A stretch of 63,713 nt of DNA, counting the filler, from Atractiella rhizophila (Eukaryota), in NCBI GenBank assembly GCA_021432655.1. It is 4 parts of 3 records of this genome, joined end to end, with 100 filler letters (N's around TTAATTAATTAA, not from the genome) between each part and the next. Parts side by side here need not be neighbours in the genome. Positions count along the whole stretch, not along the records: positions 1 to 24,662 come from MU271272.1; positions 24,763 to 39,450 come from MU271276.1; 2 more parts are not named here. The stretch is one strand, 5' to 3'. The notes beneath the pieces were generated by a model that was given only the letters and a program-made list of their open reading frames with translations, was not told the DNA's origin and did no database searches. Positions 22,613 through 36,500 of the stretch are shown here, piece by piece. Position numbers and translations under genes: made by a program. Position 1 is the first letter of the stretch; each line of letters starts with the position of its first letter.

Positions 22613-24662
22613 ATGGACATTTCGAACTTGCTCTCCAACCGCCGAAATAACCAGCCAGTCGCTTTCGACTCTCCAGACATGAATTACACTCCCATTTCCT
22701 CCCCTAATCTAGCCACTCTTTCTCCAGCCACTTTGGCGGAATCTACGAGGAGTGCGAGACGAGAGAGCAGCATCATTTCCACCGATCCAGATTCAGAGAC
22801 CGACGTGTTTTTCGATGGGAATGAGAGGTATAGCTTGGACAGTGATTTTAGTGACAGGCCAGAGTTCAGGGTTATTGGGCCGAATAGTGTCGAAGGTGAG
22901 GGTTCCAATGAGGGAAGTGGGGAGACGGAGCACGAGAGCGAGGATACCATCCATGATTTTGGAAGGTTCACCACTCCACGAGCGACACAGAAGGAGAGAG
23001 AACCGAGGACTAGAGTCGCTACCAATAGCACTGTTGGGTCTATGTTCAGCGTGGAAACTCCAGCTTTACGCTCGCAGGAAGTGCTCCTTTCTCTTTCCCT
23101 CGCCAACGAAACCTCGCCCACCTCCAATTCTCTCGTGCCCTCTTCTCCTACGCCCTCCCAGCAAACCTTCTCCACAAACTCGTCCACCACCCCAACCGCC
23201 GCCCAATTTCCTCACATTCCTTCCCGGCCGAAATCTTCTGCTAGCACTGCGGAAGAGGACTTCAGCGACCTCGATAGGCGGCTTCAAGAAGATGAAGAGC
23301 TTCTACGGGTGCGGGACAGAGATGACGAGGAGGCGTTGAGCAGGAAAAAATCCTTCCTCGGTCCAAGGATGCGAATCGTTTCACCTGCGCCATGGGATAA
23401 TAGCGATGAGGATATTGAGGCCGAGCCTGTGCGGGTGCGGAAAGATAGTACGAAGAATGGCAAAAAGAGCTTTGAGATTGCGGCGTTGATTGAGAAGGAG
23501 AGGGAGCGGAAGCTCAAGGCGACGACGACAAGTGCTGGTGGTTTGGCAACTTCGGCTGCTATGACCACTTCAACCTCTACCAGCACGATTACCTCCGTGC
23601 AGTCCTCCAATACGCTGACAAGTGCTCCTACGAGAAAACTACCGCGGCCCCCTCAAGAGTTCGATAAGGACAGCTCTTTCTTGGATTTCTCGGATGCCAA
23701 GGAAGCGACGGCAGTTCGCAAGATAAAAAAGTCGACGTCTTCGACCTCCTCCGGCTCGATTTCTTCTGTCGTGCGAGAACCTCGAGCAAATGAAGCGAGG
23801 GAGCACAAGCGTTCTTTCACATCAGCGTCCACGAAGTCATTCGCCTCCATATCATCTAAAACCTCTGCTGACCTCCTCAGCAATCCTACTCCAAGAATGC
23901 CGAGTCGTCAAGGATCTTCTCTGTATCTCCATGAAGGCAGGAACGATTCGAGCTCTAGCATCCCTGGTTTATCAGGAGACGACAGCGATCGGCGATCTCC
24001 GCGAATGAAACGCAAGTCCTCTGCGTCAACGCTGACAAACATTTCCCTCAGTAAATCAAAGTCCACTTCTCCCCGTCGAAGAAGCAACACCGTTGTGTCT
24101 TCCTCCTCCATACCGCTTGATGATGAAGTGGTGCCGCCATTGCCCAGTCCGGGACATCCGGGACTTGGGAGGAACAATTCTGTTCCCGATGCGGGAGTGG
24201 GAAACGGACTTCCCACGACGATCTCTTCCCGCTCGACGACTTTCGAGATCGTGGCTCCAGGAACCTCCATTGTTCCCCCTTCTTTACCGCGAAGTTTGTC
24301 CTCCAGTCGCAACATCCACAAACTTCAGCTCCACGTTCCTTCGCCCAACGGTGATACGATAGCGGAAAACTTTTCTTCCAAGTCTAACGGTTTCCTCGAC
24401 AAGCCTCCCCCGTCGCCTATCACCCCGTCCAACGCCAGACTTTCTAGTGCCCCCAAGAGTGCGCCAGCCAACATAACGGCCTTCAAAAACGTTGCGCTAG
24501 CGCCACTTCGAACGAAAGATCTGCAGAACGACGCGTTGAAGGAGAAAGAAGTCTCGCCTAGTCCTCAGAGCGCGGTTTCCACTTCCAAACGTCGAATAGC
24601 AGGAGGAATAGATAAAGATTCTATCAAGCCTCCTACTCCTGGACCCAGTGCCGCGTTCAATG
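22613..24662 (+). CDS. Ser/Pro-rich low-complexity hypothetical protein, truncated by contig end
   Basis: An uninterrupted ORF of about 680 codons from an ATG runs into the gap. No domain recognised. Confidence 0.75.
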
Positions 24663-24761
24663 NNNNNNNNNNNNNNNNNNNNNNNNNNNNNNNNNNNNNN
24701 NNNNNNTTAATTAATTAANNNNNNNNNNNNNNNNNNNNNNNNNNNNNNNNNNNNNNNNNNN
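24663..24761. other. Artificial contig-join spacer (N-TTAATTAATTAA-N); the same spacer occurs at 39495-39506 and 61539-61550
   Basis: An identical 12-mer is centred in ~100-nt N runs, and genes on either side are truncated. Confidence 0.95.
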
Positions 24762-25410
24762 NTTTGGTCCTCCAGAATCACTCACTTTCAAGAGAGCTCA
24801 AGACGCCTTCCTCAAGTCCCTAGTGTCTTATTCCGTGATAAGCTATCTCCTACAACTCAAAGATCGACATAATGGCAATATCTTGATTGACAAAGAAGGT
24901 CATGTCATACGTAAGTTCTCATTTTATCCTTCGATTAGTGACCCATTTACAAATGAATAGACATCGATTTTGGTTTCATGCTATCGAATTCTCCTGGATC
25001 TATAGGATTTGAAGCCGCCCCTTTCAAATGCACCAGTGATTACGTTGAGATATTGGGCGGCTTGGAATCCGATAAATTCAAGGAGTTTAAGTTGCTTTTC
25101 AAGGAGAGCTTCAAATGCGTTCGGAAGCATGCTGAAAGGCTCATCACAATAGTAGAGTTAATGCAAAAAGGTTAGTCAACGTGACAATTTCGATAAAGAA
25201 ACCTCACGAACATGTCGACTTGCAGATTCTCAGCTTCCTTGCTTTCAGGCTGGCGAGCAAACGGCCAATTTGTTGCGAGATCGATTCCAACTCCACCTCC
25301 CACAAGCCCAGCTAGAAGAATTCCTGGAAAGGTTGATCCACAGCTCTGTGGGATCCGTTTACAGCAAGCTGTACGATGACTTTCAGTTCTACAGTCAAGG
25401 AGTCTTTTGA
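24762..25410 (+). CDS. PIK1: Phosphatidylinositol 4-kinase (Pik1/PI4KB type), C-terminal fragment
   Basis: [50 protein letters not shown]…IVELMQK/DSQLPCF…[13 protein letters not shown]. Confidence 0.93.
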
Positions 25411-25806
25411 ACCGCTTAGTCGCATGATATAAAATAGGATGATCAGGCATTGCATTTCTAGAACATTGGGTAAAAGAACTATTTATTATCAATAGTGATC
25501 AATGCTCAGCAATATTAATTTTGTCCTGTTCAGAGAAAGTGCCCACAGCCTGAGACATTGTAATTATCACTGCAGACCTCATCATGTGAGTTTTGCACCG
25601 CGGAGTGCAGACTGCAGGAGTTTCATGCAGCAGCGTTCAATGGAGGGACCAAGTCGTTCTAAGAAATTGGACGAGGAAAGACCGAGGCTTCAAGCTTCAA
25701 GCTTCAAGACCCATGTCTATGAGCTAGACGATGACGCACACTACAAACAAGGACAACCGTCAAAAAGCCTCGCCTTGCGTTAACGGCAGCACCGAATTAA
25801 CTGCAA

Positions 25807-28045
25807 ATGTTAGACATAGCTAGTATCGTTACAACGGGTGAGTTTTGCATTAAAGGCTATGGTTTCCCACTCATTCTGACTGAAGGTGGCATTGTAATCT
25901 GGTCGAAGCAGTACGCCCCGCAACAGTCTGCCAGCTTGCTCGGCTCGCTTTCTTCAGTTCTCATTTCCTCTTCGGTTGAAGAAGATGTTTCGAAGCATTC
26001 AGTGCTGCAGACCCCTTCTCACACCCTCCTTTATACCCTCTCCAACTCGCTTGAGCTTATCTTCGTCATCGCTTACTCGAGAATCCTCAGGCTTGAATAC
26101 GTGGAGGAACTCATTCAAAGGATGAAGGAGATCTTCGAACAACTGTGTGGTGGACTAGTTCAGGATATCCTTCAACAATCCAAGCCAAATCTTTGGGGAA
26201 AAGATGTATGGAAAGGAATTGTCGACATCTGGGAGCCCGTCTGGGAGTCGATGCTTCGAGACGCCGAGATGTCCTCCACGAAGGTTAGTTTGCCTTCTTC
26301 CGCTTTACTTCTTTCATGCATTCTCGCAGAATCGATATTCGCGACCACGCGCGGAACCTGCCGTCCTCACTTCGGCAGATGGCAGCACTGGTACATTTGT
26401 TACTTCATTAATTTGTTGGTCACTAATGCTTGCCATTAGAAGAGTCCAATAGCTCTTCTGTGGCTGTTGACGCGAAGTGATAGCTAGGAATATTGCAGCG
26501 CTACGGCACCGCCAGAAAGGTGGGAAGAGAAATGGGAAGAAAGGAAGCGGAAGTGAGGCTGAGACGGCGGGTTCCGAGTGAGTCCTCGCTCATTTGGCAA
26601 ACTGGCGCCTAAGAGTGTTTAGATCGGAACCTTCTCGAAAGAAAGGGAAAGGGAAAGAGAAACGAACTTGGGGAACAGGCCATGTCACAGCCGACGACAT
26701 TGCTTCTTTCGATTTCAGTGAGACGTCCACTCCTACGAAGGAGGAGCCGGTCAACAATTTCATTGACCCCAACTTCAAACTCTCAGCTTCCAGCGGCAAG
26801 TACGAAGTGGCCGAAGTTGGGGATGCTGTCCCGCCGCCCCCAGTTAACAATGGCGCTTCATTCTCCGCTAAACTTTCTGGATTTATCTCCAGCATTGGAA
26901 ATTCCAACAAGACGCTAACTGCGCAAGACCTTCAAGGACCAATAGGTGCTATGAAGACACACCTGATGGACAAGAATGTTGCCCAGGAAGTAGCTACGAA
27001 AATTTGCGAGGCAGTTGTTAAATCCCTAGAAGGGAAGAAGGTGTCCGGTTGGGGAGGAGTTGATGCAGCAGTTCGGTCGGCTATGGAGTCAATTCTGACG
27101 GCTATCTTAACCCCCACCACATCCACTGATATTCTTCTTTCAATCACAAGGAAGAAGCAAGCATCAGCGGATCTCTCGATGCCTTACGCGATCACGTTCG
27201 TTGGAGTCAATGGCGTCGGGAAGTCTACAAACCTGGCCAAAGTGGCTTTTTGGCTCATACAGAACAGGTTGAGAGTTCTTATTGCCGCCTGCGATACATT
27301 TAGGAGCGGAGCTGTCGAACAGTTACGTGTGCACGTCCGAAATCTGCAGAAGTTGGGTGACGAGCTCAGAGTGAATGAAAATGTGGCTGAGCTCTTTGAG
27401 AAGGGGTACGGCAAAGATGCGGCAGGGATTGCGAAGGATGCTCTGGCTTACGGTAGGAACAAAGTTCTACTTCGCTACTCTTTGACTGAGCTTCCGATTC
27501 AGGTCGCGACAATAAGTTTGATGTTGTCCTCATCGACACAGCTGGAAGGATGCAAGATAATGAACCTTTGATGCGAGCATTAGCAAAAGTGCGTCACGAT
27601 TATGCTTCGATTAAACTATTCATGGGTTGGCCAGCTTGTGAGCGTGAATAATCCTGACAAGATTGTCTTCGTCGGAGAAGCTCTCGTTGGAAACGAAGCT
27701 GTCGATCAGTTGACCAAATTCAACCGAGCTTTACGCGACTTCTCGACTTCTTCTTCCAATCCGCGAGGTGTGGACGGAATGATTTTGACTAAATTCGACA
27801 CTGTTTCCGACCAGGTGCGCATTCCATCCAAAGGTTGAAGTCCCCACTCATCAGCGATGAGACAGGTCGGAGCTGCAGTTTCGATGACTTACGTGACTGG
27901 ACAACCGATTTTTTTCGTGGGAACTGGACAAACCTATTCTGATCTCCGAAGGCAAGTTCCCTTTCTGAAATAACATTCGTTCATGACTTAGGAAAGTTGA
28001 GACAGGCTGACCATTCCAAAGATTGTTTATGCACTTTTGAATTAA
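25807..28045 (+). CDS. SRP101: Signal recognition particle receptor alpha subunit
   Basis: Longin-type N-terminus ([14 protein letters not shown]). SRP GTPase motifs [65 protein letters not shown]. Confidence 0.96.
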
Positions 28046-28396
28046 CACGGTTATTCAGAAATGCGTATTAGATCGATTGCTATGCTGAAATAGAATAACG
28101 GCCAAAGACCAACTTATCTGTGTGCTCTGATGAGGATGAGGAGACAAGCCCAATTGCCAACCTTAAATACTGAAGGCCATACGAAACCGAAAAAGAAACA
28201 AACTCAAGAATTTGTCTGGTGAAAGCGGGATTGAAACGGGAATGAAACACGCGGGATGCTCAGAAAATGAATGACGTGCCGGCAGATGGCGATCAATAGA
28301 AACAATAGCCAAATTGAAATTTCCATTAAGGAATGAGACAATATCAAAATTCTTTGCCTACTTTTCAGTTCTTGTTCACGCAGGGGTCGTCCACCA

Positions 28397-30669
28397 TCAC
28401 TCGCCATCGTGTTCAAGTGTCATGGAAGAAAATTCGCCGAAAGGATTGGGCACGACTGCATCGTGCTCAGACTCACGTTGCCCATCTGCTCGAGCACCCG
28501 CTTTGGCGGTGATGTGCGTTTCGAAGTCCATGCTCTTAGAGTCGCGAATGGTTCGGAACTAGGTAAAAAACATGAGCATCACGGCGTCTCAATAGATAGT
28601 GACTCACATTGACAGTGTCTATGCCATTGCTGGCTGTTGGAATGATAGGTGGCTTGGTGTGGCGTAACAATCCCCAATTGAGGGGGGCGAACCACTTGTG
28701 TTGCTTCACTTCACTAGCGCCGGACTGACTGCCTAAACGCTTGTGCTCATCCTTGATGAGGAGCTTTTTGACGCAACTACGGCCTAGAGAGGAGCACGGA
28801 GGGGTATCGGGGAAGGTGACTTCCTGTTTGAGCACGTTGTCGAAAGTCTTGTTTCGTGACGAGCCTTTGAACGGAGTGTAGCCGTACATCATCTCATAGA
28901 TGAGTATCCCGGTCGTCCAAAAGTCAACAGCGGCTCCATGCCCGACGCCTTTGATTACCTGCAGGAGCGTTCAGATTTATAGCGCATGAAAGGGACAACA
29001 TGCCTCTGGTGAAATGTACTCTTCAGTACCGACAAACGAATTTGTCCTAAAATCGGACATGGCTGATGTTGTATCAATGAGTGGGGTGCCGTTGGTGGCG
29101 TGCTTAATTCTCGGAGTAGGAGTAAAGTCAGACTGTTTAGAAAGGTCGAAATCGGAGAGCAGTAGATGCCCAGACTCGTGCAGTAAGATGTCTGGAAGTC
29201 ATCAGCAAGTAAGAAATGTAAAACAGGAGGCACTTACTTTCCGGCTTCAAGTCTCTATAAATGAAACCCATGAGATGGAGATACTCCAAGGCTAGGATCA
29301 CTTCCGCTGGGCCAAAGTCAGCCACACTCGATGATCGGTCAGAAAGCGTCTAACCAGCATAGAAACGTGCGTCTTCCTCTGGAAGGCACTTGCCGGGTCG
29401 GGTCTGCAGCGCACGAAAGAATTCTCCTCCCATGCAGTATTCCATGCAGAAATAGAGGTATTGATCGGACTGGAAGGAGTGGTAAAGAGTGACAATGAAT
29501 GGGAAGTTTGAAGTAGCGAGAATCTCTTGCTCTGCGAGAGCTCGCTTGATCTTGTTTCTTTTCAGCATTTCTGCTTTGGAAAGAACTACAACAACGTTAA
29601 AAGAGCCCAAAAGACTGGTCGAAGACATACCTTTCATGGCATAGAGTTTTTGTGACTTCTTCTCTCTAACCAAATAGACCTTTCCCACGTCCCCCTTTCC
29701 CAACAACTTGATCTTTTCGAAATGGGTAGGCCCAACTTCAGCATGCTTAACCTTTATCGAGTTGCTGCTGTAAGTTCTGCGGAATGGCGCACGAGGTGAT
29801 CCATCGCCAGCGATAAGACCCAGCTCCGGCGGAGCGAGGTTTGCTGGCGATGCAATCATTGGAGAAGTCTTGGATCTCGTAGGCGTATTTGCCTTGAACA
29901 CGCCTTTCGAAGGAGAGGACGGTAGGATGCCCTTAATTCCGCCAGAGGAGTTGTGCCGACGGCGTTCCTTCGCCTTGTCCTGCTCGGCGGCGAATTGTGC
30001 AGAAGCGGTAGGAGACGGCGAGAGATGGTGAGCTGTAGACGTGGGAGAGCTGACGATATTCCCAACGGGTATGACACCAGTGGGGAGCGGAGGGATCTCC
30101 TCGACGCCAGGAGTTGGGGAGAGGAAGCCATTCTTGGTGGACGAGGAGTTGGAGAACCCGAAGAGCGCCTTGGTGTTGGGAGCGGAGGACACTCTCCTGA
30201 GAAACCTTGTGGCTGCTCCGCCGGTGAAGGATGAGATGTGTTTCCTCGACCCTGATGAGGGTGAGGAATCCTTAGGAGCGGAGTTGGAGGATGGGAAGGG
30301 TGTGGTGGAATGATTTTTGGAAGATTTGGCGGATTTGGACTTGGTGGACCCACTCGACGGCTGAAATTCGATGGAAGGCTCACCCAGGGACGTTGTGCTG
30401 CTGAAAGAAGTTGCAGCGGGGGTGGGTGACAGCGCGTCCTCTCCGACCTGTTCCTTCGACTGCGCTCTGAGATTCGAGTTGGAGTTGGTAGACTTGAGAC
30501 GCTTCAACATCTTGGAGAGGTTCCAGGACGAGGAGTTGGAGTAATTGCCGCCGGGACTGAGCTGGGAGTGGGTGGACGAGGCGGGGGTCTGCGGTGTTGG
30601 GACTTCGAGCGATCTGGGTTGCGAGTCGCCAGAGTTTGAGGGGGACGAGTTCGTGTTAGCCTGAGGCAT
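28397..30669 (-). CDS. AGC Ser/Thr kinase of the Nrc-2/Kin82/Fpk1 (flippase kinase) type
   Basis: [109 protein letters not shown]. Confidence 0.95.
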
Positions 30670-30820
30670 CGGTTAGTTTGGGCTCTGAGGGAGTCCAGTG
30701 GTCCTGCGCGAGATTCGAAGGCACGTCGTCGTTCTTCTCCCAGCGGCACTTTGCGGAACCTGCATCTGAGTTCACTTATTCACTTAGTATCTTCAACAAC
30801 CACCATCTGCCTCAACTACC

Positions 30821-32100
30821 ATGGATCTTACACCACAACACGAGGACTCAGAACCAGTCCGCAGAATATTCGGACCAGACGACATTCCTGCCTGGCTCGA
30901 ATCCACCGCGTTGCAGAAGATTCAAGACCTGGTTGAGCGCATCGACAATGCCTGCAGGGCCCGTGGATGGGGAGAGGACGAGGGAAGCGAGGGCATTGTG
31001 AGTCGCCCACCTCTCTGTGCAGCTCGAAGTGAGACATGTAGACAGAACGCGTTCTATCAGCCGTCCTGGACGGTGTCTCATCTTTGATCGATTCCATCCC
31101 ACCGTCAGCCACTCCTCAGCGCTTCGGAAACCTAGCGTTTCGAAACTTCCATTCCCAGCTCCTATCTACATCCAACTCGCTACATTCGTCTCTGAACCCC
31201 TCCAAGGAAGTCCTCCACCACTTCAATGCATCGTTCGGCAACGCTACCCGAATAGATTATGGGACTGGTCATGAGCTCGAGTTCATTGCTTATCTCGCTT
31301 GCTTGGATGAGGCATGGGAGAATAGCGAAGAATCCAAGGAGTTTGAAATGTTTCGCATCTTCCGCCGTTATATCGACATTTGTAGGAAGCTCCAGAAAAC
31401 GTATAATCTCGAGCCTGCTGGGTCGAGAGGGGTGTACGGATTAGACGATCATCAGCAGTCAGTGCTCCTCTCTACCCCCACTGCGCTGTCTGACCAAATC
31501 TTCCACAGTCTATCCTACCTCTTTGGCTCATCCCAGATGCTTCGATCGTCCACACCGTCCCCACGCGCGCTACTCGATCGTTCTGTCCTCTCAACCTTCC
31601 CCCCTTCCCTTCTATTCGCCTCCTCTCTCCAACACGTCCACTCGCTTAAATCCAACGCAGCCCCATTTCACGAACACTCACCCGTCCTATATTCCGCCAT
31701 GACCACCGTCACAGGCTGGCCAAAAATGAACACTGGATTGAAGAGAATGTATCAGAAAGAGGTGCTGGAAGCATGGCCGGTGGTCCAGCATTTTACTTTT
31801 GGGCCCTGCCTTCCCTGGACGAGAAGTCGAGACAGTGCGAGCGGGAAGAAGGGAGAGGAATTGCCGAGTTCACGCCCGCAAAACTTGACGGATGGAGAGG
31901 AGGAAAACGCCGCCGCTCAGTTGCCAGATGTCGAAGTTGGCGTGGAAGCGACGACTGCTCCTTGGGTGAAGCAGAAGGCTGGAAGCGCAGTTAGTCAACC
32001 GCTGAGGATGGGACCTTCAAGTTCTTTTACTGTTTCTGGTCCATCAAGACAAAGAGGGGCCAACCAGCTAGGGCAGTTAAGGAAGGTCGAAAACTTGTGA
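30821..32100 (+). CDS. Phosphotyrosyl phosphatase activator (PTPA, Rrd1/Rrd2 family)
   Basis: PQRFGNLAFR, SFGNATRIDYGTGHEL.F, LQKTYNLEPAGSRGVYGLDDH, PFHEHSPVLY, MY.KEVL..WPVVQHF.FG. Confidence 0.93.
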
Positions 32101-32605
32101 CACACCTCTATTGCTTCGATTTAGACTGTGGATTGGCTTGTGTACTACCAAGCAAAATTGTACTTGCAATATCAGTGAACAAAATACCCAAGATAACTTA
32201 GCGAGTCGAAATAGCAAAAGGCTGAGTAGTGGTCCTTCTCCCAATTGATACAACATGGTCTGAACAGATTCACAGGATGAGAATTTACTTGGATCTACAA
32301 ATATACATGTATCATTAAAACTTACAATGACATTGAACGTCGCCAACTTGAATCAGTCAGGAACCAACACTTGCAGGATACCAGATACCATCAGAGGTAA
32401 TTGTTCCGCTTGTGGTATCCCGTCTCCGTCAGCACGCCACGCGAGAACCTCATTAGTGACAATGTAGAGCCACCATTTAGGGATATCGACATATACTTCC
32501 ACCTAATTCAATATTTTAATCATTTGAGATGCAGAGCAAAACGGAGGCTACATGAAAACCGAAACATACCTCCTCATTTCCCCATTCGGCATTTTGTATC
32601 CACAG

Positions 32606-33152
32606 TCACTGGACGACATCCAAAGGAGATTCAGGCGTTTCGAGGAGTGATAAGAGGTCTTCGAGCGCTTTCGAAACCGCATCCTGCTCTTTCGTTGTGT
32701 CATTTCGTATAGCTTCCTCTTTTGTTTCTCGAGCCTTGGACATAGAGTCTTCATCCCCCAGAAGAAAGAGAATTTTCAAAGAATGTGAAAGATGTAGGAG
32801 ATTGGTGGCTGATCGAACCATTGATTCTGCTTTAAGACGACTGTGAAGTGATTCGGTATGCAAGTGATGTCTCTCTTTGCCCTCCACCTTTCGCATGTCT
32901 CGATTAGCATCTGGAATAAAAGTGTCTGAGGAGAAAGAGGCGACTCACAGAGGCTACCTTGACAATTTCTTGTATAGCTTCTGACAGGACCTCGATTTCT
33001 CTGTCCACCACTTTATTCATATCCTCCTCCATTCGATCCAGATACTCATCTGCCGTCAATTGAGGTGCCACTTCTGTCTGCGCACTTCGCCCGGTTTGTA
33101 AAGGGGCAGCAGACCGAGCATCTGTTTTGATGGCTTGACTCCTTTGAGACAT
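32606..33152 (-). CDS. MED22: Mediator subunit Med22 (Surfeit-5 family)
   Basis: Two exons (32949-33152 and 32606-32887). Helical protein containing ESLHSRLKAESMVRSATNLLHLSHSLKILFLLGDE. Confidence 0.78.
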
Positions 33153-33559
33153 ACTGTAAGCAAAAGGTGCAATGACAACTTGAGCTACGGTAAGCAGCAA
33201 GCTGAGTTAGACCGATGTCTGAGTTCCCCTTTTTTAAATTTCACTTCTCTGTTCGTGTAACCAAACCCCACCAAACTGGTATTTTCGAGTCTAGGAATTT
33301 GTGCAATACTTAGAGCAAGGATATAACTGATGAATCCAGAGTGATCTACTCGTAGCGATCCTGTTGGTAGCAATGCCTCTAATACTAGTAATAGTTAATG
33401 GACTTTCTCTCGCAATATTCATTCCAAACGTGCTTCAAACTTTTCTCAGTTTGTCTGTTTCTCACAAGTTAGGGAAAGTTGCTTGATGTATGCAAACGAC
33501 TCGGACTACATAATCACTGAAAGAGAACTGGTAAATGCAAACGAGAATGCGTATCTGCG

Positions 33560-36500
33560 TCACAGCGTGACCATTTGAAGGGCACGAGAGCCAAGTCCGA
33601 CCAAATGATGTTTTGGATCGGATGACCACCTTAGCTGCACAATGTCCATATCGATCCTCTGTTCAGCCACTGGCCTGTTGTGCTTCCGACAATCCCACAC
33701 CCTAACTAAACGGCAGCCTGGTTGTTCAGCGTGCTGTGGATACGCAAATAAGTGACCGTTTGGGTGAAAGGCCCCTTTGGAAAAATGACTTGTCTTGTCG
33801 ACTTCGGCGGTCAACACTTTTGTTCGTGAGCACAATCCCAGGCTCGATAAGACTTGTGATGGGCGGATGGAATTTCTCAAGTCGATGAGTTCAAACTGAT
33901 CCCGAACTATGCCAAAGTCAACCAAGCTCAGACCTAGCATCCAATCTCGCACCTCCTTGCAAAGTCAAAAGGACAGTGTGCGGGTCACGGGATTGGATAT
34001 GGTCTATATCCATGCATCATCAACTCTGTCTTGACAAGGATAGCTTTCGCGTACCAATTGCCATGTTCGATGTGTAAACCTTCACAGACTTCATGGCAAA
34101 TGGGTCCAACCGCAAAACCTTGGTATCTAGAGACCCTGAGAGGAGATGATACGTCGGAGACCAAAAAAGGGAGGTTATTTCAGAGCTGTGAGTGTCTCCC
34201 TCCCAATGTTCTTCTTCTACTCTGACAGTGGAACGCTGCAGGTTGTAACGCAATATGCACCTGCGGTGAGAATATGTCGATTTCTTTAAGGGGACTTGGG
34301 TTAGCGAGGAAGCCGCAATCATCATCCGTGTTGGTTCCGGTTGAGGTAGGAATGTTAAAGAGCGAATTCCAACAGTTGTCCGACCTACACTCTCACTTCG
34401 CATGCGGAATCTCCTTTCTTTCCAAGCGCGACCATCTTTCGCGAATACTTTGACCATGTCGGTAATGCCCATTTCTGTTTTGCGTTCCGAAACGAACCAT
34501 CCCATGGCAAATGTCTTGCCGTAATCCCCCAAGTCTGCGCAGTAAGATCGTATCTGGGCATTGTTTTGAGGGTGCCGATTAATGATCGCCTCTGTGTTCC
34601 ACGACAAGAATTGCGCATGTGATGTCATCCCGACATAGTCCTCATCATCGGAGGGCCAAAACCATCTCATCTTTTCACCAGACTTTGGCGCTTGGTTCAG
34701 CTTACCCACATTGAAGACTCTCGGTTCATTTGCGGCGCCAAGATATGACATATCCAACTCTTGTTCAGTTCCTAAACGAGCGCCATCCACTATTCGGTCG
34801 GCCCGCGCAGATGTTTCTAAGGCAGAATCATGCTGTTCCTGGAGTTGCATGTCTTTGGCAAGATTGCCTGATCCTACTGCAGGCGAGTGGTTTCGGCGCG
34901 ATGCACCTGACGTCGAGGGATTGCTTGATGGATCTTTTCTTCTTGTGGTGGCTTCAGACGGTCGGATGTTCGGCCCAAGATTTCGAGTGGTACCTTTGAG
35001 AGTTCTTGCAGAGGATGCCTTCCTCCTCGGCTCAGGCTTGACATGAGCATAGCTTCGAATAAAATCTAACACGTCGTCGGGTTCTGGAACGCTGGGGCCT
35101 TTTGGTGGCTGTTTTGCCTGCACTAGCCGCACGGAATAGTCAGAAGATGAGTCGTCATCCGTTGTGCTATCGCTAGGCTGTATTCGTGAACCCACGCCGA
35201 AGTTATCTGTTTCCAGATTATCTCCTTGCAGAATTGGCGAAAGTAGCACTGATGATTCACGCTGGGATATGAGAGGGCTTGATTTCCGTGAAGGTACCTT
35301 TGACGAAGTAACAGGCAGCTGGTCAAGCGTCAGCAAAGAGCCAATAGTTGAACTTCCCCCAGGACCGCTGTGTAGTACGTCCCCCGATGAAATCGGCGCA
35401 GGAAACGACTCTGGGTACAACGGGGTTGACAGATCGTGGGAACTATAGCTAGCTGGAGGTGGTGAGTATGTAGCTGATATGTCTCGTCGACCGAAAGCTG
35501 GAGCTGGACTCTCCAGATGTTGGGAAGGTAAAAACACGTTTTCAGGAAAGTCTTGGTAACGGCGCAAGTATAGGAGATCGAGCCTTATGGAATATGGTGC
35601 CGGATCTTGGCCGCGAGCGACCACAAAAGTGCGTTGAAAAGCATGTTTGACTCCATCCTCGAGGGGAAAGACTTGATAAATTCCTTGAAGGTGAATCATA
35701 ACTGCTTGAACATCGAGTTGGATGCCATCCACGAGCTTACAAACCGTATCGCAGGATGGAAAATCGCGGATGGCATTGAGAATTGCATACGGAGAGGCAA
35801 TCTTCTTTCCTATCTTTAGACGAACTGCAGGTGGGAACTGTTCGCGAACGCAAGGCTCAATTTGATACGAGAAAGTTGCATTATGCGCGTAAAAATCCAA
35901 CAGGGGAGCTCTGGAGCCGGAAAAAGTGTCGAAATAATCCCTAATGAATCGATTACAAAAGTCAGATGTGGCACTCGAGTCGAAGGTTTGAGCAACGAGT
36001 GGTCCATCCGTACCGCGAGGCATGGAGGCAAAGTGAATTATGGGCTTGACATCCTCTTCAAGAGAAATTGCGCTGTCCGCGACAATTACTTTTGACTGTT
36101 GACAATCGTCATTCTTGGATACGTCTGCTTCACCTCCTCCCTCGATCCGCGGGGATTCCAAATCATCAGCAAGCTCATCAATATCTTCCTCTGTATCCAG
36201 CTCCATATCCTTCTCTGACAGCGAAGGCAGGTCCTCTGGCTTTTGTTCTTCGGTTGGAAAGGGAACAATCACAACTTCTTCAGGGATAAATCCTGTCACC
36301 TTCGTTTCGGAGAAAATTTCGCTCCTTTCAGCTACACCTGTCTGCGGGAGGTCATTTTGTAGGGAAGCTATATCATCAGTCGGCAGCGGCACTGAGGCTG
36401 CAATCGGCTCGGGATCAAGAGCTTCCACTGGCGTGAACTGGCGTTTTCGTTGACCTCTGAATGTCCTGCCTTCCAGAACCCGAACCTGAAAAGTGGCGTA

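Noticed and set aside
24707..24718. TTAATTAATTAA as a biological motif (also 39495 and 61539)
   Set aside because: It is an identical linker embedded in N runs, an assembly artefact.
22613..25410. Ser-rich ORF and PI4-kinase domain as one gene
   Set aside because: They are separated by an artificial contig spacer, most of Pik1 is missing, and the upstream ORF shows no Pik1 features; adjacency is unproven.
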